Assembly (NCBI GenBank): GCA_951406725.2 | Contig: OX597815.1 | Location: 169,632,001 to 169,696,000 of the forward strand | DNA from: Octopus vulgaris | Taxonomy: Eukaryota | Reading direction: 5' to 3' | DNA: 64,000 bases | In this document: piece after piece, positions 37,257-52,434 of the stretch | Layout of the letters: each line of letters opens with the position of its first letter | Numbering within the stretch: position 1 is the stretch's first letter | Position numbers and translations under genes: made by a program | The notes under the pieces: model-generated | The model's input: only the letters and a program-made list of their open reading frames with translations | The model's database searches: none | What the model was told of the DNA's origin: nothing

Positions 37257-37760
37257 TAGTTTTATAGTTAAGAGATGAGGAATTATGTACAGTATTTACA
37301 TTCGACGGATATTTGTCCTCATCTTGTTAACACAACGTTTCGGCTGATATACCCTCCAGCCTTCTTCAGGTGTCTGGGGAAATTTCAAACCTGGGTTCTC
37401 ATTCCTAAGGTATTTTTCGATGTTATTACTATTATTATTGTTGTTGTTCAGGTCATTGTTTTGAATCGAACTCGAAATCTTGAGATTAGTAGCCCGCGCT
37501 CTTAATCACTACGCCATATGCCCGTGGGCAATTATGGAATGAATTTTAGGGCTTATAAATCTAATATTTTTCTATCCTTTCTTAATACCGGTTCTCATAT
37601 GCTGCTCATATCTGCAGACGGTTTGCTTAGGAGGTTGTTGTGTCTTAGCATATGTGCTGCTTCTTTTAGATTTCGCATTTTCCATTGATGTTCTCTGTCT
37701 ATTATTTTAACTTCATCGCACAGGGGGAGGTGGTCTCAATTTTTCCATACATGATCAGCT
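37257..37760 (-). mobile_element. 3' end of Penelope-like element: GIY-YIG endonuclease C-terminus, then tRNA-like segment, hammerhead and tail
   Basis: 37759-37553 translates ADHVWKN*DHLPLCDEVKIIDREHQWKMRNLKEAAHML..SI*EPVL..* (PLE GIY-YIG C-terminal H..W..II..E..W..R..KEA pattern). tRNA-like A/B boxes at 37526-37450 and hammerhead at 37374-37329. Confidence 0.85.
37329..37374 (-). ncRNA. Minimal type I hammerhead ribozyme-like motif
   Basis: GACAC-CTGAAGA-A-GGCTG-gagggtatat-CAGCC-GAAA-CGTT-GTGTT; stems I and II fully paired. Confidence 0.7.
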
Positions 37761-37761
37761 A

Positions 37762-38005
37762 CTAAGTTACTGTTGTCAACAGTGATGGGGGTACAAGTAC
37801 AGCCATAAAGACACACACATAGAAATATACATATGTATATATATACGACGGGTTTCAGCTTCCGTCTGCCAAATCCACTCACAAAGGTTTGGTCGGCCTG
37901 AGGCTATAGTAGTTGACAATTGTTCAAGGTGTTACGCCGTGGGACTGAACGCGGAACCATATGGCTGGGAAGCAAGTTTCTTTACACACAGCCACGCCTG
38001 CGCCT
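37762..38005 (-). mobile_element. SINE-A 5' two-thirds
   Basis: Reverse complement of the SINE-A head and body. Confidence 0.8.
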
Positions 38006-38699
38006 GTAAGTATATGTATTGTAATTATCTGTGTGTTTGTAAGGACCATGCGAGTATGTAAAAGCTCCAAACCTGTCAGTTATTAAATATCTTGACATCT
38101 TGTCTTTAGAGTATGATAGCAGCATCTCAAATAATTATTCAACAAGCCACAATTCACGCGTACATTCTTCACCCTTTTTTTGTCTTGTCTTGTTTGTCCT
38201 TAATGAGCTGTACACACTGTAAAGTACCAGTTGCTCTCGAGCGAATAGATTTATCGCTTAACGTTTGTACATCTCATTAAATTTTTATATAAAAGAAAAA
38301 GTAATAACTGTTTGATTTCTGCTTGTGCTGAGTCACTCGGAAATACTACTGACAACCAAAAGACAAAGAAAAGACTGAATAACAATGTCTTTCTTATTTG
38401 ATGGATATCATCGTTATTGATTATTCTAATTTATATCATGTTATAAGAGAAGCTAGGCTATTTTTATCTTAAGCAAAACGTTCATTTTGTTCAGTGTAGA
38501 AGCCAAACGGTGTCAAGATTTCGTTTTCTATCACCAACACTACATCTTGTCCATGTGCTTCAGTTTGTAGCGTTAGTGAATAGGTGTTACCAAGGGGATT
38601 AATAAGCTTATAAAAGAGGCACTGAAATGGAAACGTATCTGATAGTTGTAGATGCAATTCAATTTGTATTCGAAAATGGTGTTGGCTGGAGTTGTTTAA

Positions 38700-39120
38700 G
38701 TTCTTTTATCGTTTCAGTCTTTTATTGTTTTAGTCATTGGACTACAGCCGTGTTGAAGCACAACTTTAAAGAACTTTTAGTCGAAAACAGACAGGAAAAA
38801 AAAAATCACTCGAATTTTTTTTAAATCTAGTATTTTTTGAAGTTTAGTATTTTTATTCTATCGTTCACTTTTGCAGAACTGTTAAGTTACGGAGACAAAC
38901 CAACAGCAGTTGATTAGCGGAGGTTGGGTGACAAACTGACACGAATGCCCTCACGCGTGCAGCACACACATTTATATACCATGGGATTCCACAGTTTCTA
39001 TCTATCAATTTCACTCACAAGGCGTTGGTCAGCTTCGTGTTTTACTAGGTGCCAGGCAGGGGAACTGAACCCGAACCCATGTGGCTGCAAAGTGAGTTTC
39101 TTAACCATACAGCCAAGCGT
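38700..39120 (-). mobile_element. SINE-A, old degenerate copy
   Basis: tgttttagtcattggactacagccgtgttgaagca tail and actgaacccgaacccatgtggctg head. Confidence 0.65.
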
Positions 39121-39125
39121 ATAAT

Positions 39126-39420
39126 GTGAAGGCGTATGACTTAGTGGTTAAGGTGTTACACTCACGATTGTGAGATCTTGGGTCAATTCCCAGATCGGGT
39201 GTTGCGTTGTGTTCTTGAGCAAAGCACTTCATTTCACGTTGCTCTGCGATCTTTTTGACATTATATGTGGCACCCAGTTGGATCTGTACAGGTTATGTCG
39301 ATTTGATGGAAGGAGTGAGCTTATGTCTACACAAACATTTGATCACTATTAACATTTGATCAAAGAAATTGTCATACTCTGATAGGTCGTTTAACGATGG
39401 GAGAGTCAATTATTATTATA
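39126..39420 (+). mobile_element. SINE-C-related full-length copy ending in (TTA)n
   Basis: gtgaaggcgtatgacttagtggttaag head and gcgttgtgttcttgagcaaagcactt core. Confidence 0.7.
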
Positions 39421-40295
39421 TTCTCTTTTACTCATCCAGCCATGCAGCTGCGGTCATGCTGGGGCACCATCGTGGTCTTTCGGATCACCTCAGTCTGAAG
39501 TGTTTCACATTACCACTCCTGTATGTGCATGTGTCCCAGCTGTTGGCCCATTTGGTATATAAGGTAGTTTGATTTCGCTGCCCTCGTCTGCACCTCATGT
39601 CAGGCTGCTGGTTCATCCGGTATTGTGGAGAGGAGGCTGTCTAGTTCCTTTTTGAAGACATCTACTTCCACCCAATGCAGATTTCTTAATTTTTGTGGCT
39701 GACCATTGAAGAGCTGTGGCCCTTTAAACCCGAGACTATTGCAGCACTTAGTCCTGAATTTAGGTGGAGTGGAGGTACCTTTAATACATTACAATGGCAA
39801 CCAGTTCTGGCATTTGTATGACACTCAATGCACAAATTAGGTACTGACCCTTCTAGAGTTTTCCATATGTAGATTATTACATATCTGTCGCCCCTTCGCT
39901 CCAGGAAGTAAAGTTGCAGTTTTCTCAGCGTATCCCTGTAGCTCATCCACTGCACGGTTTCAATCTTTTTAGTGTAGTGGTGTTGGACTGCTTCAAGTTC
40001 TGCTGTTGGTTGGGCACTATGTGGTGGCCATAGCTGGGAGCAGTAGTCCAGGCGGCTGAGAACAAAGGTTCTCCACAGGGTCAGCATAGTTCTTTTGGAC
40101 AATCGGAAAGACTACGATGATGCTCCAGTATGACCGCAGCCGCATGGCTGAATGAGTAAAAGAGAATATAATAATAATAATTGACTCTCCCGTCGTTAGA
40201 CGACATATCAGGGTTTGACAATTTCTTACCGAAAACCAGATGATTTGTTTGTATCCATCCTGCCAATTGTCTGCACTTTGCGGCCATCTTGGTAC
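39410..40295 (-). mobile_element. Degenerate 3' portion of CR1-group LINE related to 9485-12029, with internal inverted duplication
   Basis: TKMAAKCRQLAGWI / MLTLWRTFVLSRLDYCSQLWPP..ELEAVQ..LERR..IIYIWK align to the ORF2 C-terminus of the 9524 ORF. Same ggtgccccagcat tail. Confidence 0.88.
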
Positions 40296-40699
40296 ATACA
40301 TAACATACATACATACATACATACATTTATGCATATATTTCTCATTTGTATTCTCTTCAGTTACATGTTAACCTTACTGCATGTTCTAGGTTAATCGGAA
40401 AAGCTCGGATCATGCGGCGATTATTTTAAAATTTCACACAGTATATAGTTTGAATTCATCTTTCATAACACTGTGGCCGATTTTCAATATAAAGGCAATT
40501 CAACTGCACTTAACTTTAATTTGGCATCTATGCTAGTTTTTCTTTTTAAGAAAAAAATTATAGATAAATAAATAAATACATAAATAAATTAAAACATCAA
40601 AGTCATATAATCTGATTCTTTGCAGTCTTGGTGCCTAATTGAGAAATCGTTATCGCAACTTCCATGTCTGTAGACTCCTAGTATGTCGTCTACCACACG

Positions 40700-43500
<2,801 letters not shown>

Positions 43501-43567
43501 GAGAAACAGAAAGTAATAAGAAATAGAGCAACGACGGAAAGAAAAGATCATTTTAAAGACATATTAA

Positions 43568-43801
43568 CCCTTTAACATTCAGATTAATCTATCAAACGCA
43601 ATGCTTGTTTATTCACATTGTTTTGAATTAATCATACATTATTTCGTAGCTTCACGATTTCAATGATCTGATTATGGCTTTTAAATTATAGATTTTAGAT
43701 TATGGATTATAGAGCAGGTGTGAAAGACCGGATCTGGCCAGTTTGAACATAAAACAGGCAGAATGTTTGAGCCAGATACGGCCATGTTAAATGCTAAAAG
43801 A
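43568..43801. mobile_element. TTAA-flanked piggyBac-like MITE, degenerate
   Basis: ttaa-ccctttaacatt ... aatgctaaaaga-ttaa; about 12-bp imperfect TIR. Confidence 0.55.
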
Positions 43802-43912
43802 TTAACGAAAGCGCAAAGCTATTTTTATGACATACTAATAGGAACTTCCTTGCATCTATTTGACTGAACAATAGCTATTAATGTCTTTTGTTACACCCAA
43901 TGGGTCCTATAA

Positions 43913-43983
43913 TTTCTCCCTATAGTTTCTTCCTATACTTTCTCCCTATAGTTTCTTCCTATACTTTCTCCCTGTAGTTTCTC
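43913..43983. repeat. 13-bp minisatellite x5.5 (alternating tttctccctatag / tttcttcctatac)
   Basis: Directly visible. Confidence 0.93.
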
Positions 43984-44167
43984 AAATTGACAAAAACTGG
44001 CCCAACCTACGGGTGTTAGTGAAATTTCCTTTAGTCCTTCGAGTATTTCATTAAGCCTTTTGATGCCAACCTGCACGAGATTCATACCTGGTTCTATGAC
44101 ACAAACTTCCTGTTCTAAAGTCAGCTAAATGAAAAATAAAAATAAAAATTCCATCAAGAATTCCATA

Positions 44168-44652
44168 GGTGCAGGTGTGGCTGTGTGGTAAGAAGCTTGC
44201 TTCCTAACCACATGGTTCCAGGTTCAGTCCCACTGCGTGACACCTGGGGCAAGTGTCTTCTACTATAGCTTCGGAACGACCAAAGCCTTGTGAGTGGATT
44301 TGGTAGAAGGAAACTGAAAGAAGCCACTCGTTTACACACACGCACGCACGCACAGACACAGACATACACACACACTCACACACACAGACACACACACAGA
44401 TACACACACACAGACACACACACACTCACGTGCGTGCGCGCACACATACACTTGATAATCGATGTTGGTGAGTTCACGTCCCCGTGACTTAGAGGTTCGG
44501 CAGAAACAAAAAGACCGCTAGAATAAGTGCTAGGCTTTAAAAAACAAGTCCTGGGGTCGACTTGTTCGGCGAAACTCCTTTCAAGGCAGCGCCCCAGTAT
44601 GGCCGCAGTTTAATGACTGAAATAAGTAAAATAAAAATAAAAGATAAAAAGA
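44168..44652 (+). mobile_element. SINE-A full length with internal (CA)n
   Basis: Colinear with 20512-20932. Confidence 0.9.
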
Positions 44653-45048
44653 TCAAAATTTCATATTTATGATCCAAACGCCAACTTAATAGTGATAAAG
44701 TCATTGTACTAAATTCTTCCGTATTTTACAAATCTATTGAAATAAAGCGTAATGAGAATGTAAAATTTAGTCTGTATTCGCAGAACACTGCTTTTCTTGT
44801 ATCAGGGTATTGGACAAGGTTGAAAAAGTAATTAAAACGATTTTAAAATGTATGAAACATAGTAATTTGTCTACTCCAGCTTCAGTCCCCCATTCTCTTC
44901 AAACCCTAGGAGAAACACTGGTATAGACTACTCAAGATTCGCTGAGGTTAAATCGCAGTTCAGTAGAAAAAGAAAAAAAAAAAAAAAGCGGGGCGGTTGA
45001 GGGTGAGTTTCGAAACAACATATTGCTGTAGGAAATTATATTATTATA

Positions 45049-45604
45049 TTGGGTTGTCCGGAAAGTTCGTACCGATTTTTAAAGGAAAGAAAAAGGTCAA
45101 TAAATACATGCCATTACATTTGTAATCAACCAAATATGAACCATTTTGTTGCACAATGCATCTCCATCTTTCCTTTAATTTGAAAATACCCTCTTCCCAG
45201 AATTGAGGTGGTTTCATGGCAAAGAATTCATCAAGGTATCTTTTTACGTCATCCAAGGAATTGAAATGTTTACCATTAAAACTATTCTGCAGAGACCTGA
45301 ATAAGTGAAAATCCGAAGGAGCAATATCTGGTGAGTGGGGTAACACATCCCAGCCGAGCTGCAGCAATTTTTGTCTGGTTCCCAAAGATCAAGTGCCGAA
45401 AATGAACTTTCTTATCTTCCATTTTAAAGGGTTACAGAATTAACACAGGTTATAGGAACATAAACCTTTTCCCACGAAAAGATAGCTTAAACTGTGCTCT
45501 AAACGGAGGTGTAGTCAAATCCTATTTTATGGAATCAACCATGTTCTAAAATAAGTCGAAAGGTAAGCTATTATTATCCGGCACGAACTTTTCGGACAAT
45601 CCAA
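45049..45604 (-). mobile_element. Internally deleted mariner transposon
   Basis: TIRs ttgggttgtccggaaagttcgtaccg / cggcacgaacttttcggacaatccaa with TA flanks. N-terminal MEDKKVHFRHLIF (45422-45384) abuts the C-terminal LGWDVLPHSPDIAPSDFHLF..GIFKLKERWRCIVQQNGSY. Confidence 0.93.
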
Positions 45605-45975
45605 TATAAAGACGAATGGAATAGTCTTTGTAATATAGTGAGAATTATGAGATTCTGCTAGGAACGACACATTGAAAGAAGGCGGCAGAAGGAAGGATGA
45701 GAATAGAAGTGGTGTTTTGATTGAGTTTATGAAGGCGCCATAATTATGAAGGCTGTTGTAGAGGCGATAGGAGAAAAAGAGAGTGAGAAAGAGGGGAAAA
45801 TAGAAAGTGTGAGAGATGGAGAAAGAGGAAGAAGAAGGAGAAGGAGAAGAGGGGAAGAGGGGGAGGAAATAGTTTAATGTTAAAGAAAAGCTGTGGATTT
45901 TCTTTGGTCAAAAGTATTAATTCACAAAAACCTTACAAGTTCGGAAGAATATTGTTGATGCAATACGAGATAGCT

Positions 45976-46039
<64 letters not shown>

Positions 46040-46649
46040 TATGTGTGGCTGTTTACATGTGTGTTAGCGCGCGCAAGTTTCACAGATAAGAAGCTGAAGG
46101 ATATTCTCTTTAGTCAATCAAAAAGCTTATCGCGAAAATCCTATAAGTTAAGAAGAATTTGCAGAAGCAACAATGAAGAGAAGGAAAGGAAAAAAGAAAG
46201 ATAAAATGGTAGAGAAAAAGAGAGAGAGAGAGAGTGTGTGTGTGTGTGTATGTGTGTGCGTGTTTATGTGTGTGTGTGTGATGTCTTTGTACTCAAAGGT
46301 GAACGGCACTGCCAATAAAAAAGTAAAAAAGCATAAACAAAAAAACTGATTCTGTCTGGCGGAATTTGTTGGCATTGTTTATATATAAATGTTCTCTTAG
46401 TATTTTCATTGTATCTAAAGGATATCGTCTTCTGTTTCCACATTACTATAAAACAGCTTCAGAAAAGAAATCTTCAGAAAAAAAAAAAAATTGCTATGAC
46501 ACTCTGTTGCTTAGTTTCATTGATACATTTTCTAAATGGACAAAGGCTTTTACTGTGCAGTTCATTGTACACCGAGCTTAATCTTATCTTCAACGATTCA
46601 TTAAAAAAATATTTTTTCTGAATGATAATCTTATGGCTTGATATCATTG

Positions 46650-46747
46650 TCCTCCTCGTCGTCGTCGTCGTCGTCGTCCTCCTCCTTCTTCTTCTTCTTC
46701 TTCTTCTTCTTCTTCTTCTTCTTCTTCTTCTTCTTCTTCTTCTTCTT

Positions 46748-46778
<31 letters not shown>
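46650..46778. repeat. (GTC)n(CTT)n trinucleotide tract
   Basis: Directly visible. Confidence 0.95.
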
Positions 46779-47740
46779 TTGTTTTTAGTCGGGAGGAAAG
46801 ACAGTACACACAACGGGGGTACATACTTGTTGATACGAGCGTACATACGTTACACGTTATATATATAATCTACCTGATAGAAAGAAAAAAAATTATATGC
46901 TTTTCCTGATTTTGTATTATCAACTGCAATGATATACTCGAATCATTCACTATATGGTATCTATTTCCTTACAGTTTAACATCTCCAAAGTCCCTACAGG
47001 CTCTTAAAGACTTGTGCATAACTTCGATTCCGTCGCTTTAGGCGAATGAGAGCTTTAACATTATTTGCACAGGACACCATCGTATCGCTGATGTCATAAG
47101 ATCTGGTCCTTGTGACATTTAGAATAGAGATTATTGAAAAAAGTAAAGTAACACCAGAAAAATAAACCCTTCATTAAACCCTCCATTAACTGAAACTTTG
47201 TTTCAGTTAATGACTTTTATTAATTAGGGATCTGATTTTAAATCTTACTAAGAATCAAGATCATGAATGGGCAAGGAAACACGTTAGCTGTTAATATTAA
47301 AGCTTTCTTCCTTGCTCATAAATCGGACATTGATCTCTAACAAACCTTTGGCTAACAGTAATACTAATAATATTTTCACTAGTTACAGGTGTTGCAATAA
47401 ATTAAATAAATTTTCGTAGTAAAATATCTCTTTGATCCGCAAGAGTTAATAACATTTCTGCATAGCTCCCAGTGGAATTAACAGTTTGTAACGGAGAAGA
47501 ACATTCTCTGGATAAAACGCCTGCATATATATTGTAACACACACAAACTGTATGTTGATTAAGGTAGCTATTCACTATAGTCAGATAACTAAACTCGGCA
47601 AAACAGAATTAAAGATATCTTCTAAGAGATAACGAAATATTTCAATACATGATAATCCAATATATCTATCTGTTTTGTCCTTTCACCCCTACAACGCCTA
47701 TTGGAATTGTCTTTTGTTGTATTTGCTGTGTGAGCAAAAA

Positions 47741-47781
<41 letters not shown>

Positions 47782-47820
47782 GCTCGCGCGCGTACACGCG
47801 TATATATAATATAAGTAACA

Positions 47821-47996
47821 TTTCGTCTGTCGTTACGTTCTGAGTTCAAATTTCGCCGAGGTCAATTTTGCCTTTCATCCTCTCGGGGTCGATAAATAGA
47901 GTACCAGTTTCGCACTGGGTCGATGTAATCGATTTAATTCCTTTGTCTGTCCTTGTTTGTCCCCTCTATGTTTAGCCCCTTGTGGGTAGTAAAGAA
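47821..47996 (+). mobile_element. 5'-truncated SINE-B (tail type 1)
   Basis: Starts at tttcgtctgtcgttacg. About 19-bp TSD atatataatataag(t/c)aaca at 47802-47820 and 47997-48015. Confidence 0.9.
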
Positions 47997-48127
47997 ATAT
48001 ATAATATAAGCAACAGTGACTGTTTATTTCGAAGCTTCGCCGATGCATGCTTCACAAAACAGCCATTTTCTCACTGTTCTGAAAAGCCAGTTTAGACGAA
48101 CCTTTAGAGTCACCATTGAAAGCAAAT

Positions 48128-48335
48128 ATTGGTTTCAAATTTTGGCACAAGGCCAAGAATTTCAGTGAGTGGAGCTAAGTCGAGTGCATCGACTTCATTG
48201 CTTAACTGGTCCTTATTTTATCAACCTCGACAAGTTGGAAGGCAAAGTCAACCTCGGCAGAATTTGAACTCAGAACATAAAGACGGACGGACGAAATGCC
48301 GCTAAGCATTTTTCCTGGCAGGCCATCTCGCCGCT
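48128..48335 (-). mobile_element. SINE-B (tail type 2)
   Basis: ggtttcaaattttggcacaaggcc tail and aggcaaagtcaacctcggcagaatttgaactcag core. Confidence 0.82.
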
Positions 48336-48566
48336 TTTAAATGATTATAAATATTGTTTATACTCTACAATGAATACATACATTTTTATTTAGTGCATGT
48401 CAAGGTAACGCAAATATACAAACCCATAAAAATAATCGATATGTGTGCGTGCGTGTGTGTGTATGAGTTTATATATATATATATATATATCTATATCTAT
48501 ATATATCTATATATCTATATATATATCTATATATATATATAAACATATATATATACATATATATGT

Positions 48567-48599
<33 letters not shown>

Positions 48600-48961
48600 C
48601 ATATATAATCACTCATTCATATGTATATTTAAAGTAGGAATCAAATAATGAACTCGGTTATAGCATCTGGTTTATAACAAGAGTGAATTGTTAATGAGAT
48701 GTTAAGATAATGTTTTACCCCCATCACCCCCCAAAACAACAGAGAAGCAACAACATAAAATGTCAAAATATACTTATAAAACACTGGAATACGCTGTTAA
48801 TATGAAAGCCCTTTTAGAACACGACATATGCAAATATACAAAGATGTTATGAACGTCCTTTCATAACCCCATTAAAAAATTCTTTTCACTGGGATTGAAC
48901 TAATTGACATCAATGCTTTAAGTGGCCTTTAAAAAAAAATATTTATTGTAAAAGAAATCAA

Positions 48962-49177
48962 AATGGCGGTAAGCTGGTAGGTTCTTTAGTGCACCAAACA
49001 AAAATGCTTAGCGGCAATTCATCGGGTTTTATGTTCTGAGATCAATTCCGCCGAGGTCGACTTTGCCTTTCTTCTTTTAGGAGATCGATAAAATAAGCAA
49101 CAGTTAAATTCCTGGTTCGATGTAACCTACTATATTCCTCCGCCAAAATTTCAGGCCTTGTGCTTATATTAGAAAAT
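48962..49177 (+). mobile_element. SINE-B degenerate (tail type 3)
   Basis: ccgccgaggtcgactttgcctttc core and caggccttgtgcttatattagaaaa tail. Confidence 0.78.
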
Positions 49178-49186
49178 ATTCGTATA

Positions 49187-49590
49187 GGCACAGGAGTGGC
49201 TGTGTGGTAAGTAGCTTGCTTACTAACCACATGGTTCCGGGTTCAGTCCTACTGCGTGGCACCTTGGGCAAGTGTCTTCTACGATAGCTTCGACCAAAGC
49301 CTTGTGAGTAGATTTGTTAGACGGAAACTGAAAGAAGCTCGTCATATATATGTATATGTATATATATATGTGTGTGTTTGTGTGTCTGTGTTTGTCCCCT
49401 CCAACATTGCTTGACAACCGATGCTGGTGTGTTTAGGTCCCCGTAACAGCGGTTCGGCAAAGAGACTGATAGAATAAATACTAGGTTTACAAAGAATAAA
49501 TCCTGGGGTCGATTTGCTCGACTAAAGGCGGTGCTCCAGCATGGCCGAGGTCAAATGACTGAAACAAGTAAAAGAGTAAAAGAGTAAAGA
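49187..49590 (+). mobile_element. SINE-A full length
   Basis: Colinear with 20512-20932; (gtaaaaga)n end. Confidence 0.92.
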
Positions 49591-49597
49591 GTTATTA

Positions 49598-49805
49598 AAA
49601 GCAGCAAATTACTAGAATAGTTAGCACGCCCGGACAAAATGCTTAGTAGCATTTTATTCGGCTTCACGCATTGAGTTCAAATTTTGTCGAAATCGACTTT
49701 GCCTTTCATTCTTTCGGGGGTCGATAATATAAGTATCAGTTGAACCTTACGGTCGACGTAATCGACCACCCCAAAATTTCAGGCCCTGTGTCTATGGTCG
49801 AAAGA
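49598..49805 (+). mobile_element. SINE-B degenerate (tail type 3)
   Basis: gagttcaaatt..tcgactttgcctttcattctttcgggggtcgataa. Confidence 0.75.
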
Positions 49806-50782
49806 AAGAAGGAGAAAAAGAAAGACGGAAAGAAAGAAAGAAAGAAAGAAAGAAAGAAAATTACTTGTCAGAATTAACAGTATTTGGCCGCTATTCGTTT
49901 CCAGTCAAAAATACGCTATTTTCTACACACCATGGAACAGAGACGAATCAATAATACAAATCTATAAAATTATTTCAGTGTGTATATAAAAACTGAGGTA
50001 GTTACTAATAAAGTTACTAATATATATATATATGTGACGGCGACGTTATTATGACGGATTAGTTGTTTAGTAGCCTGAGGATTGGCGTCGGTGAGTGCAA
50101 TGTTTGATGCCCTTGATACCAGCGAAGACTTCAACAGTGTTTACTGCGAATTACTCCAAGCAGCGGTTTTCTTTACTGGTAGATTTAATTCATTTCTGAT
50201 TTCTTGGATTAAAACTTTCCTGTCAGATCGATGTTGTGGTCTGACAAGAAGGCGTCTTCAGCTCACATTAAATCAATTCTAGTGTGCACCGGGTTAAGGT
50301 CATGTCTTACTTAACCTAACCCCGTGGTCTTTCTTCTTTACAAAGACATAGAAAACAATTTATTATGACGACATAATAAAGACAATCTATTCTTCTTTAA
50401 CGGCACCCAAACATAACCATTTCACATGTCAAGGAAATATATCGACACTATGAAGTTCTTCGCTCATGAATAACAACGAGAACAAGAATAGCAACAACGA
50501 GAACAAGAATAACAACAACAATAGTAGCAGAAACAGCAGCAGCAGCAGCCGTTCAAGAATTTGGACCTGGAGATCTCCATTTCCAGCGAGGGCCACCTCC
50601 CAGTGGTGTCAACGAAGAGCCCTCGACTACAACAAGACGGCCAAAGTTTTTTTCCCAAGGTCTGGGGTCTCACGCCCCTAAGCCCTAGTTCATCACCTAA
50701 TCATCCTTACCCGTCTTGTTACTTAGCAACAACAGCAGTATCAATTACAAATAATAATATTATTATTCGTAACTATTATTGT

Positions 50783-50985
50783 AATTCTACTATAGGTAAA
50801 AGGCCTGCGAATTTTGGGGGATGGAGGTTAAGTCGGTTACCAGTGCTTGGTTGGTACTTATTGTATCCTTTTCTACTCGAGGCACAAGGCCCAAAATATT
50901 TGGGGAGGAGGGGCCAGTCGATTAGATCGACCCCAGTACGCAACTGGTACTTATTATATCGAGGCCGTAAAGATGAAAGACAATC
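50783..50985 (-). mobile_element. Two tandem SINE-B 3' fragments (tail type 3)
   Basis: ttctact..gg(ta/ca)(a/c)aaggcc..ttgggg..gtcg(g/a)tta occurs twice. Confidence 0.65.
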
Positions 50986-51024
50986 GTTCGTGACGACTTT
51001 GTCCATCAGTGTGTTGCGTGGAGT

Positions 51025-51062
<38 letters not shown>

Positions 51063-51096
51063 GAGAGAGGGAGAGATGGATAAATAGAGAGAGAGA

Positions 51097-51140
<44 letters not shown>

Positions 51141-51469
51141 GTAAAGACAAACTTTAGCTAATTAAATTTCCTTTTAATGATCTGATGTCCTGTGTTGAAA
51201 ACTAGGCCGGTAGAACGTTATGTAATAACTGAATGAATTAGAAGCCATCGTGGAAGTTCACTTTCATTGGCCACAGTTCCCAACAACAACAACAACAACA
51301 GTGATAATGAGAAAAACGATTTCAACTTTCCGCTTCTTATATTCCTCTTTTAAAATTTCGCCGAATCGTTGATATTATAAACATCTGTGTGACATTAATT
51401 TAGGACACGTTAATAGCTTCAGTACATATTTTTATTTTAAATACATGGCCGTATTTAACACACATGATA

Positions 51470-51561
<92 letters not shown>

Positions 51562-51604
51562 CCCTACGTACGTACGTACCTACCTTCCATCAATCAATCA
51601 ATCA

Positions 51605-51707
<103 letters not shown>

Positions 51708-51810
51708 CACACATACATACATACATACATACATACATACATAGTAAGCACTTTAGCAGATTTACACACACATGCTCCAACATACCAGCACGCTTTCTCA
51801 CACACATATC

Positions 51811-51875
<65 letters not shown>

Positions 51876-51999
51876 AAACTAATTCCACATAAGCGTTTAT
51901 AATTTAAAGAATACGCAACAGCTTGGCATATGCACTGAAGCGTGACGCTAATAAGCTCACATCTTACAAAACATGAATATATGTATGTATGCATTCTTG

Positions 52000-52413
52000 T
52001 ATTCTTTTATTCTTCTACTTGTTTCAGTCATTTGACTGCGGCCATGCAGGAGCACCGTCTTAAAGGGTCTTAGTCGAAGAAATCGACCTCAGGACTTAAT
52101 CTCTGTAAGCCTAGTACTTGTTCTATCGGTGACTTTTGCCGAGCCGCTGGTTTACGGGGGACATAAACACACCAACATCGGTTGCCAAGTGATGGCAGGT
52201 GTACAAACACAGTCATGCACTTCACACAAATACACACACACACACACACACGCAAACACACACACACACAATACAACACACACACACGCACACACGTATT
52301 TATGCATATGGGCTTCTTCCAGTTTCCGTCTAACAAATCCACTCACAAGGCTTTGATCGGCCCGAGACTATAAGAAGATACTTGCACAGGGTACTACGCA
52401 CTGGGACTGAACC
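52000..52413 (-). mobile_element. SINE-A, 5' end missing
   Basis: acttgtttcagtcatttgactgcggccatgc tail and colinear body. Confidence 0.85.
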
Positions 52414-52434
52414 CTGTGATTCCTAAAAAAAACA

